A stretch of 64,000 nucleotides of DNA, taken from the NCBI GenBank assembly GCA_040437565.1, contig JBDOQK010000003.1, positions 806,001 to 870,000 of the forward strand, given 5' to 3'. Below the pieces are notes generated by a model. The model was not told where the DNA came from. It worked only from the letters and a program-made list of their open reading frames with translations, and did no database searches. This DNA comes from Albugo candida. Taxonomy: Eukaryota. Made by a program: the position numbers and the translations under genes. Below, piece by piece: positions 36,769-47,700 of this stretch (positions within the stretch are counted from its first letter, which is position 1; each line of letters starts with the position of its first letter).

Positions 36769-38140
36769 TTTCAATGTTTCGATTTGTTCAGAAAGAAAAC
36801 AGATGTGTGATTAAGTACTAGTTACTCGTATCAGTTAATGTTTGCTCTTTAACAAGAGAAGCTGACATAACATGTTAGCATATTAGATATATTCGCTGAC
36901 GAGATCAAGCTGGTTTGATAAAGTAGCGTCAACGAGAAGACTCAATATGGACGGTGCTCTGAATGGTCGAACGTCCTTACGTTATTCAATATGGTGAAAA
37001 AGGTGCACACTTCAAATTCAAGTTGAAAAGCGCTTCCAACGCAGAGAAAAGAGCGCAATCTCAACCTAATGTAGCGGCTTCAATGAAATGCGTGTGAAAT
37101 CGGTTCTGCTACAGCTGTAGATCGATTATTAAAGCTACTTATTTATCTGGTAGTAAAAGATGGCGATACGATAGCGGTAATATTAGAAGTCTGGCATCGA
37201 ATTAACATTGATCAAATTAAGTCTTCTCATGCAACAGCACAATTATTCCATTTATGTACCTATTAACAAGAAATCGGCAGGCGTTATAATGCGCACATAA
37301 CGGACGCCCAGGTTGCGCTACAACACCTTGAAACCCTCCTTTCATCACCACGATCTTATTGTAGCCTACATGCACCTGGCCGTAGTACATCTTGCGCCGC
37401 ACTAGCATTTAGTCGCTGTCCTGCTTTTCCACTTTTGAAGCACATCGCTCAAAGCGTACTGTTTGACCACTTTGCGTAGGTCTTGTCTAACCCCCGACCG
37501 AGCCATAAGAGCAGCTGTGATTGTGGCTTACGATATACGCTGAGTATAACAAACATGAAAGCAAAAGTGGGCGGCGTTCCCGCGACCACCTCGTAGTTGC
37601 GCGTTTGGTCCTTTTGCGGGCTGGATTAGTGCAGGAGATAGTAGCGCTGACAAAAAAGCTCTCTTTTCCGTCTATCAAAGTCGCTCTCGCTCCAATAGTA
37701 GCGATCATAGCATGGTCACCTCATCATAGTATGCTTATAAATTAGCAGCGGAAAATGACGAAAGGCATGTATACGCCGTGCTGATGGCAAACCATCACCA
37801 CTACAGCAGCTGCACGGTCTTTATGATTGAATTTTGAGAACAGCCTAAGAGCACACAACAATGTGCTTTTGATGGAATGAAGGGCTTCTAACGCGCTTTT
37901 CGGGTTCGAATGGCTCATAGAAGTTAGCTGTACGAGATCGAACCCAATATCGGAGTGCTAATTGCTTTTACTTGACTCATTTGAAAGGTTATCTTTCCAT
38001 GGGCGCGGGAGACACCCACATGAATTTATCATAATGAACAGACTCAAGCACTCTACTTATCTAAAATGCATCAACATTCATCGGAGTCAACAAAACCATT
38101 TTGGTGTATTGTCCCCCAAATCAGGTAGCACTATTCGTAC

Positions 38141-39217
38141 TTAGGACTTCATCCTCCAAGTTGACTGACGATGGTGGGGGAGGCAGAGCATTTGTGTCCT
38201 CAATAGGGGGGGCTGGCGGAGGTTCTGGACAGGCCGTGTCTATTGAATAACGACGAAGCCATACTGCTTGAACCTGACATAAAATGCCATCAACAAAGTG
38301 TTTTAATGCGGGCGCTTCCTACCGTTTTTCCGTTTGTGAGATCATGAATGCACGGCAACTTGACGAGATGTGTTCCTAACAATTTCGGTACCGATTGCTC
38401 TAATGGCTTCAAATCGAGTGAGATCACATTTTGAGTAACGTGCGAGTAATCGTACCATATCGGGGTATTTTTCAGCAGCAATCAATCCAAGAGCATCTAG
38501 GAAACGTGCATAATTGATGCGGCGCTCTCCCTTCTTTTTCACCTTGACAAAGATCAAATCAATTTCAGTGCGCGTGAGTCTCGAATCGACAAGCTCTGGA
38601 CATTCTCGACACAATTTGCTAAAGTTTGCATTATCTGCATTTCAAGAAATGTGGTTTCTATACAACTGAATAAAATCACAACATACCAAGTGTTTTTGCA
38701 TCAACTCCTTTGGCCGCCGTTCGTCCAAATCGACAATAATAATGAAAAATGCCTTTCAAAAGTGTGTGAGGGTCATTAAAATCATTCTTCTCTTCCTTTG
38801 TTGGACTGGGACACGGAACGTTTTCTCCCACCTGCAGCATCATTGAGCATTCCCCAATAGCTTACCAGATCAGTGCGTCTACTTACCGCGATTTGATTTG
38901 GAGCGCTGTCGACCGAATGCTCTGACGATAGACCACTACGTGGCGACGTGCACTTTCTAAATTATTCATTCATCCAAATATGAAGCGGAATTGTGTGAAA
39001 GCGCAAATGCATACTGCGATCGTCGCGATTTAATGTCGCTACTTTTGGTCGCCGAGTTTCGAATTGTCTCAGATAAATTGTGTACATTCTGTTCGCTCAA
39101 ATCGTGCGTGTCGGGCTCAAATCGTTTCTTATGTACCCCCGTATAGGATCGCACATCAGACAAACGACTATACACATCCCGTTTTTGCTCTGTTTGCGTG
39201 TCAGGATGATTTTCCAT
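38141..39217 (-). CDS. p25alpha/TPPP-like microtubule-associated protein; multi-exon
   Basis: VYSRLSDVRSYTGVHKKRF (partial p25alpha motif), IFHYYCRFG..DNANFSKLCREC..LTRTEIDLIFVKVKKKGERRINYARFLDAL; Pro-rich tail. Confidence 0.8.
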
Positions 39218-39353
39218 TGCCAAAGGTGAAACGACACAATGACTTGGCACTCTTTCCGCAATTCTCGCAATTAGCCACTCAAAACACGACAAAAGACTGA
39301 ATATTCGCCAATCCGAGTGATTCAATTAGGTCACCAAATTCAGTGACATCATT

Positions 39354-39945
39354 ATGGCATGCTCTACAAGTACCGCTGTTCTGCACATGGCTCGCAATTA
39401 ATTTCGCGATACTCACATTCTGTATATGTATTTAGAGTATATTGTGCTCCTCATCTTCTTTTTCTCGGGATTTGCGTTCTTGGTACGTTGTAAATGTGCG
39501 TCTTCGCAGCTTCTCCCATTGATAACATTGCATCAAAACAGACCATTTTGGGAGCATTATTCCGGCTACAGCCTCAATTCATCCGTAATTGCACGAATAA
39601 ACATAACGCATCTGCTTTATGTTTCCGAGCGTGTGAGTATTTCTCTATATCTGATTTGTAATTGTGAGTTTGACGCGCTTGTCCACCTCAGCTGGATTGT
39701 ACGCATTTTGCACGGTAGCGCTTTATTGCTACTGGAGGCGAGATCATCTTGGAATCGGGAGAACGAGATGGAATGGTTCCAATCGAAAGAAGCGATTCGG
39801 GTATTACGATATGGAAGATTCCGATGCACATATTCCATTAACCGAGGAATTTTCCCCCGCTTTTACTGAATCAACTTTGCCTTCCATATACTCCACTTCG
39901 TCCTCCATCCATCATAGAAAAATAAATCGCGGTTTTGAAATGTAA
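39354..39945 (+). CDS. Small two-TM protein resembling RNase kappa / V-ATPase subunit f, with a C-terminal extension; three introns
   Basis: Spliced by eye: MACSTKYIVLLIFFFSGFAFLTILGALFRLQP..NASALCFRASGLYAFCTVALYCYW; the CFxAxGLY pattern recalls RNASEK CFIAAGLY. Confidence 0.45.
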
Positions 39946-39973
39946 TTTTTGTGTATCAGATTGACGCAAAAGG

Positions 39974-41709
39974 TTACGCGCTTCGATTTCTATCAGGTGG
40001 TCGAGATGAAAGTCGTTTTATTTGTGCTTTTGTGGGCCGACTGCCGTACTTTCGAACAAGATGCTTTGGAAATGTGATTTTATGCTGATTCCATAGTGAA
40101 AGCAGCTCTGGAATTAGCTTTTTGTCTTCGTTGCATACAAAAATAATTGCGCTTCGCTTTTTTTCACAATTTCGATTCCGTAAACGTCCAATTTGATGAA
40201 TGTAATCCGTGATATTTTGTGGAAGATCGAATAGTAAAACGTTATCCAAACGACTGAGGTGGATTCCACGTGCAAGGACCAACGTAGCGACGAGGACTTG
40301 AACTTGTCGCGTTGTGAACGCTTCCATTATTGCGAGCCTTTCCAGCTGCGTCTTACCACCGTGCACAGATCGTGCTTCCATCTGTGAGCACTTTTTTGTA
40401 ATTGAATCCGTCAGCATATCTGCTCCAGCTCGAGACGCCACAAAAACGAGCTACACACCATCAGATACTACATCAAAGTGTCATGCATTTGGAGCGTACC
40501 GTCGATTCCTTGGGTCGAGCTTCAAGGAACTCAAATAGAAGGTGCTTTTTCTCGTGAACTTTTGTCCACATTACACGAGGCCGGATAGAATGAACACACT
40601 TATCATTTACCGTTGCTGCATCAACGTGTATCCATAACTTGTCGGAATGGCCGAAAAAAGAGTGCAAAAGCGCGTCGATGGCTTGCTCCAAAAAAGGCGA
40701 TACGGTCGCCGTGCATGCAATGAATTGCAGGGATTCGCTACGATTCGATCCTTTTGATAAAAGTGTCACGATCTCCACAACTTGATCACAGAATGAAGCT
40801 TCCAACATTTTATCCACCTCATCTACAGCTATGGAAAGCACATTATGAAGTAGAGCCTCCCAATTCCCATTCTCTGTCTCCGAAAAAATCTCCAGAAAGC
40901 GTCCTGGAGTCGCAATGATCATTTCTACACCACATTCCAATCGATACAATTGTGAGGGAAGTGGCAACCCGCCCATTAAAAGCGCTGTTTTCATCCGCGG
41001 GATGTTTTTCATTATGGATTTTGCACAGCTTTCAATTTGGATACAAAGCTCCCGACTCGGTGCAATAATCACTGACAAAGGACCTGTTTCATCCGGAAAA
41101 GCTTCACGCTGAAATACAAGAAATGAGGAATTTAGTAAAAAAACCTTTTACTTTTTGCCTACATGATCGAGAATTTGCGTGACAATTGGGAGCAGATACG
41201 CCAACGTTTTTCCTTCATCAGTTGCTGCACTAAAAACAGTCTGCACGACAACTTTGTGATTATTCATGTCTAATACGCGTAAAAGCATACATGTTTTCCT
41301 GTCATGATGGCTGGAATTGCTTGCATCTGCACTGGTGTTGGAATGATACAATTGAGCGTGTTGAGATTTTCAGCGATTTGTGTCGAAAGCGAATCAAATG
41401 ACGCGATGGGAGGTGGTACGTCTTCTCCTTTAACTGAAATGCGATTATTCGATCGGATATCATGTACTTTGTTCTTTGCGCTCGCGTCCATGCGTTCGGA
41501 TGCGAAGCGATTCCGACAGATATCCCGACATTCCAAACTGCAGACGTCTTTCTCAGTCCAATCACAAATATATTGACCGTATCGACCACATATCTACAGT
41601 ACAAAATCACTGAAATGATAATTCTGTCAACAATCAATTGAAGACATACGATGCAAATTGGCTCGCCCATCAGCGCTGATCGCTGATCGCATGCTTTTGA
41701 ATGAACCAT
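39974..41709 (-). CDS. DDX59: DEAD-box RNA helicase with an N-terminal HIT-type zinc finger (DDX59/RH41-like); multi-exon
   Basis: PICIV/CGRYGQYICD..DVCSLEC, PTPVQMQAIP, EGKT, PSRELCIQ, TPGR, DEVD, TAT, ARGI, YIHQIGR. Confidence 0.7.
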
Positions 41710-41807
41710 TTGGAATCGAGCTATATGATTGGTTTATATGACGTTTTAACTGCCTCTGATTGGCTTAAAGGTCATCGCGAAAGAATTTTGACGAAGAAAT
41801 CGGAGAA

Positions 41808-42199
41808 ATGGCGGTACGTGTTGTAATGCATCGATTATCAATGACTACCTATAATTTACACGCTATTGACGACAGAAAGAACTTCATGATGCGAATACAT
41901 CGGCACAAAGCCAAAATTTGCAACCACATGAAACGATCAGAGGACAAAATGTAGTGTCCGATCTACCGCTTCAATGTGGAGTGTGTAAGCAAGTGCACAT
42001 TGTACATCACGCAGTGCAAAATGCAACGTTCACTTGCGTTTCTTGCGGTGCGCAGAATCGCATTTTATTCGAAGCACAACCTCAGCCACTCGGGTACCTC
42101 TTGTCACCTCTTTTCGCTGCTCTACTCATCGGATAATAATGCAGGCATATGCGTTGGTTTTGCATCCCAATTCCTCTGTTTTTTTGTAACATTTTGTAA
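41808..42199 (+). CDS. Small zinc-ribbon protein with a probable C-terminal CaaX (CNIL); two introns
   Basis: QCGVCK..FTCVSCGAQNRI; a GT-AG intron after QPLG yields HMRWFCIPIPLFFCNIL-stop. Confidence 0.55.
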
Positions 42200-42224
42200 A
42201 AAACTCAGTATCATTAGCCTTTTT

Positions 42225-43449
42225 CTAGTATTGATAATCTTTCCATTTCAGCATCACAACAAGAATCAAAACCAGTGCGTACACAGCTCCTACGACCCGA
42301 AAATTGAATCCATCCCAAATCGAAATCGGTTTTGCTGTGGTGATGATCGGTCGAGAGGAATTGGAATTGTGGGCACTGCAAGTCGCCTGACATGAGCCGC
42401 ACGGACATTGTTTTATCGCATTTTTGGAACTGATCGAATCGAGTCGCTGTGCCTGTTGTGGTAAACTTTGACGAACTGTATCGTTTTCCACAATCGAGTA
42501 GTTGGAGCAGCTGAGTACGCTATGGTCGAATGCATGAGGTACGGTATCATTAAAATGTAAAAACAGGTACTCTCCGTGCGCGATTGCCCCGGTCTGAGCC
42601 TGATAATTCAAAAATCCTAGCGAGGATTTCATTGCTGCCGCCATCGACACAATCGCCGTGCTCTTACACGAGTCGAATAACGAGCAGGTCAATTCCTTTT
42701 GCAGCGAGATATCCATCTACAGTACAATATGAGCATTAGTAGGTGTCTTCACTTCTTCAAATTCCACTCAACCTCCAGGACTTTAACGTGATCCGTGCCT
42801 GTCATTGGATCTGGACGATAATGTACGCTTGGATACGGTGAGTGCATTTTCATAAAATTGGACTGATGAGGAGAGCAAATAAGACCACACCATAACATCA
42901 TGAGATTGGAAGCGCATGCATCACATCCGCCAGCTGCATTCTTCCCGAAAACACTCGATAATAGTTTGAAATTCTCTGCGAGTCCTTGGTTTTGTTCCCA
43001 TGAGCAGCAAGCTGCGTCCTTGTATTCGGGGCATTGAATCGAATATTGATCGCAATGCGGACCGGCGGTCATTCCGTCGTCCGCACAAACGCAATGACCA
43101 CGTATACATTGTCCGCGATCGTGACAATCGGACGCAATAGTGCAAATTCCACCCCCGGTAGCTATAAAGAACAAAATGTGAGCAAGTTACACTTTTTATA
43201 CGACAAAACGCGCTAACTATTAGCCCATCCGGTGCCACGCATCTAATGCTGAAAAAATGAGAGGTTTTCATTCGTGGAATGATAAAAACTCACAGGTTTC
43301 GCGATGGCAGGAATTGCGTACGCTTCGGGAATGCATTGTTTATAATCAGGGATATTATAAGGATTTACGCAGCGTTGTGTCATTGCACATGCGCCAAAAC
43401 ATTCGGAAATTTCAAGAGCGAGTAGCAAAAGATGGAAGAGCATGAACAT
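42225..43449 (-). CDS. Single-pass membrane protein consisting of an NPC1 N-terminal (sterol-binding) domain with an EGF-like insert; multi-exon
   Basis: Signal peptide then CAM..C; ACCSWEQ..L..NF; CDACASNLMMLWCGLICSPHQSNF; LFDSCK; CPCGSCQATC; one C-terminal TM helix; no RND body. Confidence 0.75.
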
Positions 43450-43565
43450 TGTCAGCAACCTTTTTTCATTAAATGTGTTGGGGTATGCATATAGCAAGGG
43501 TATGTATTTGCGCGATGTGAACAATACTTCATGAATTCTTCCCACAGAAATGGAACTTTATGAGC

Positions 43566-44669
43566 TCATTGACGCGGCTTTGGCGTCATGAAATCATCTC
43601 CATACTCCTTCATGAGAAAATCCAAAGGATCGGCAATGGTATCGTACTCGACACCATTCACCACAACTCGCTTAAATGGCTCGACTTGCTCGTTTTTCAA
43701 CAGCCTTGATTGATTCTTAATCTGATCGATGCGCCAATGTGAATCACCTTCTTTCTCCATCTCGTACATATCAAGATATGGAATCACACGAATCGGAACA
43801 TCCATCTGAGTGTTGGGATCATACAAATTGCCTGCTAGCGGGTGATCTGGAGCCACGCAAACGCGATAAATACTCTGATAAAACACGTGATATCCCTTCC
43901 GAGCCATTGCATGCTGAAACGTAGACATGTCGAATGCACCGATGTGTTGATATCCAAGATCAGCGTCTTCAGTGAACGGAATGATAGACTGATTACGGAA
44001 AGCGCCCAAGAGCGATCCAAACAAAAGCACTGGTTGACCTCCCATCTTTCTCAACTCTTCATAAGCGTCTAATAACAGCATGTGAAGCACACTTCCAAAG
44101 CATCGAGTCGCTGAGGTCTTGGGTACTAGGATATCTAGCCGATCGGGGACCACGCAGTATGGCTCGTCAATCCTTCCCGTGATGGGTAGACAAGCTTGCC
44201 AATTTTTCCGTTGTCGAGCGATGTAATCATCCAGGCATAAGTGACGATGAGAACCTTGTAATCTTGGTGGACCAAACACTCGACTCGCAGTGCTGGAAAG
44301 CGCATCAAAATCATGACCTTGATCGTGTCCAGAGCTGTAATCGCGGAAGACGAAAGATGATGGCATACATGAGCTTTCCGATAGATCAATGGATGGTTTC
44401 ACTATAAGAAAGCCGAATTGAGTGAGCAGAAGAAAGACTCCAACCAAGAAAAGTCCAATTTGTAGAGATAAGAACACCCAACGATCCAAAATGCTTTTGT
44501 GTGAGTTGTCGAGATGAAACACACAGAAGCGACTTCTTTTCGTGCAGCATTGATAATTGATATGCATGCTGCATCTCGGTAGACATTGACCGCTAGTCTT
44601 ACGTCCTTGCCGCAACGTCGATGATGCAGAGACCATACAACATGGAGTCGCTGGTCGATTCGTTGTCAT
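43566..44669 (-). CDS. LicD/fukutin-family nucleotidyltransferase-fold, type II membrane protein
   Basis: N-terminal TM anchor, FGSLLGAFRNQSIIPFTEDADLG motif, YLDMY, FLMKEYGDDFMTP. Confidence 0.8.
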   Translation of the reverse strand: MTTNRPATPCCMVSASSTLRQGRKTSGQCLPRCSMHINYQCCTKRSRFCVFHLDNSHKSILDRWVFLSLQIGLFLVGVFLLLTQFGFLIVKPSIDLSESSCMPSSFVFRDYSSGHDQGHDFDALSSTASRVFGPPRLQGSHRHLCLDDYIARQRKNWQACLPITGRIDEPYCVVPDRLDILVPKTSATRCFGSVLHMLLLDAYEELRKMGGQPVLLFGSLLGAFRNQSIIPFTEDADLGYQHIGAFDMSTFQHAMARKGYHVFYQSIYRVCVAPDHPLAGNLYDPNTQMDVPIRVIPYLDMYEMEKEGDSHWRIDQIKNQSRLLKNEQVEPFKRVVVNGVEYDTIADPLDFLMKEYGDDFMTPKPRQ

Positions 44670-44748
44670 TGCAAAGTACGAGCCAAAAGACGCGTCTGCT
44701 ACTATTTTCGGATCGCTGCGAGTAATTCATGTGACATGTGAATTGTGG

Positions 44749-47700
44749 CTATGCGTTCGATGAGTCACTTCCACTGCTACTTATGGCGGCATGTGACTTG
44801 GCTTTCGCGGTGCGGATGACTAAAGCGACTTCTTTCGTTTTGATTCGATACGATTCGTTACTGATTGTGTCTATTGGACCATTCAGAAGCAAAGGAAGTG
44901 ACGAGTTATTTGAATGTACTGTCTTGAGAGAAGCTTGAATCGCTCTTCGATCGTCTTCGCTCCAAACATTTGCTTCCACACGCGAATCAATGACGAGAAA
45001 AAATTCAGGATCGCTGTTTGTCGATATCTGAGCCGCCAATTCACTCGCACATGAGAATTCCAGTGTGTAGGCTTCCAACATGTTGATACTTTGCCGGAAT
45101 TGTGGTATGCGTGCGAATTGAACAAATTTTGGTGCGATTGAGAATGCGCTGCTACTTTGTCGAACCAGAAAGTCGATAAGGTCGTTTGATTTATATGATT
45201 CTTCATTTTCCGGTTTATATTGGTGGATGAGTTCTTTCTTCTTCGCATGAAGAAACCGCCAGGACGATCGATCCAACAACGCGATCGTGACGACTTGGTG
45301 AGGCAACGATTTGGATTCAGGACTTTCGAGTATTTCTGCAATTATACTTCGACCTTCGTACAATGAGAAACTCATCAATTTGCCCAGTATACATCCGTCC
45401 ACAAGAATGCCTGTCAGGTGTCCTTGCCGACTGTCACGCAAGCGAATATGTTGGGTGGTCATACAATCTTGTACGCACCCTTTTTCCACAAATATGTTCC
45501 ACACTTGCTGTCGAACGTTTTCCACTCGCATATGTTCTCCAATGACAATATTTTGCACGAACGAAAGGGTAGAATCTTGATCCGTTAGTCGAAGTATCAG
45601 CTCCGATGGAAGAATTGAGCTTTCTGGTGCAGCAAGTATGGATGGCGCCTCCGCAGTACGATTGTACAGCATTAGACGACAATTGTATTCTCCTACTCCA
45701 AGCGGTATGCCTTCCACCACATGAATCGTATTGTTGTTTCCAATTGAAAGCTTGTAAAGAGTGCTGTCAATAGCTTTAAGCTCGATACCTGCAGTATTAG
45801 CCCCACGTAAGAGTTTGAACTGGTCAGCTGGGATACAAATCCGTTTCTCAATTTCGTTCTTCAAAGCGCGAACCGTCTCTCGCCGGTCGATGCGAATAGC
45901 TAATGTTGGTAATGTGGAGTAACGTATATTCACATTGATCATATTCGCCTCTTTCTCGTAGAATTTTGCAGCTTCTGAAGGTGCTTCTGGATCCTGACAC
46001 TCTTCAACGATCACTTCTGTGCCACTTGCAATATTCAAATCATCTTCGAGCTTTAAAGCCAATGTCTGAGGTGAGTTATCAGGGTTCAACATCGTGATTG
46101 GATTCTGTGAATAGGCTGCATAACTTCGTTTCAACATCCGAAAGTTGCTTTCTGCAGCAGTGAAGTTGAACTTGTTCCTGATCGTTTCATATAGTTCACC
46201 AACTGTGGAGTCTTGTGGTAATTGGATCCAGCGAGACTTGATGCTCGAATCGTTGCATTGGGCCGTTGCCGGCAGGTAGCGCTTCACAAACACTTGCAAC
46301 TTCTCTTCATCAAACTTTTCCCACTCTTCTTCGGCTTCTTTTGATTCCAAAAGTAGTTGATGTCCTTCTGAGATGCCAATCTCCTGACATGTTTTGAATA
46401 AGCGATCGTCATACGTATGCAACGCGATACCGTTGTAGTCGTTATAGCGACGCAGCCGGACGAGCTCAAGAGATTCAGGTAGAGTGATGCCCTGTTGAGT
46501 AAGTGATGCTGCATCGTTCTTGAATGTGTCGAACACTACTTTGACCGCTTCGCTAATAGTCGTATCTTTGTATATCAAAATCTGCTTGTCCACTTTCTGG
46601 CCATAAGAGCCGCGTACAAACACTTGTAACATGATTTGTTTGGCACGTTCCAGTTGTTGACGTTCTCTAAGGCGAAATCTGGACTCTTCCTGCTCGATTC
46701 TCGCTTTCAAGTAGACGGGAATTTCTTCCTTCGAGACTGAATTTACATTGCGAGCCGATGATAAAAGTCGATACATGAGCATGTAAGCACATGTGGTGTA
46801 GTTGGAGCGATACCCATATTTGTTCCCATTGGTCGATTGACCTCCAAAGGCTACACTGACGTCGTGCTCTGTGATTTCTGAAACGTGCGCATCATTAAAG
46901 TTGTACCATTTTCCATTTTCAAAATTCTTGATATACGCATAATAATGTCCACCGAGTGCACTACCGGAGTGCATAAGTACAGAGTACAGCTCATACACAT
47001 TTGGTCCTTCCTCGAATAACCCGTTCACATCAAAGTCTGGATCCCAAGTATCTACCACACGGTCTTCGCTACTGATTTGTGCCGTCTTTTCACAGTCAAT
47101 CTCGTCTTGCACGGGCCAGAGATTCGATCTATCTTGTTCTCTATGCTTTTGCTCAATATCATGATCTTGCGTTCCTGAGCATCCATTGACTTTCCGCCGT
47201 TGCATCACCTCTAATTCATGACGTTCCAGCGATATTCTTCGTGCCAATTGCCCTTTCTTCCTGCTGTGAGTTGATTGCAGCTCAGCATCACCACTCGCAC
47301 CATCGCCTTTTATCTCCTCATTTGACAGAAACGAGTTCATATCCAGATACTTTGGGAATGTGATGCGATCGTGAAGTTTGATACGGTCCATTGTGTTGTA
47401 ATCGAAATCAAATCGCTTCAACTGTAAGGAAAGCAAATACGGAAGCCGATGAAATTTGAGTCCTTTGATTGCATCCCTCTTCGTTTCACATTTATCGCAT
47501 TTCCATTGATTTTCTTTGTCCAATACCTCCGGCTTGAGGAAAAACTCGAGTGCTTTTTCCAGACTTTCAATTTTGCGCACAGTAAATGCATTATCTTCCA
47601 TGCCAAATGGACGAATTACCAATGAGAGATCAAGAAAGTGGTCCATACGACTGCTTTCGTACCCACAAGTACAGCATTTGACGTAATCTTTGAGTGTTCC

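Noticed and set aside
37217-37745. Short ORFs as a possible transposon remnant
   Set aside because: No transposase, RT or integrase motif, terminal repeat or target-site duplication could be identified by eye.
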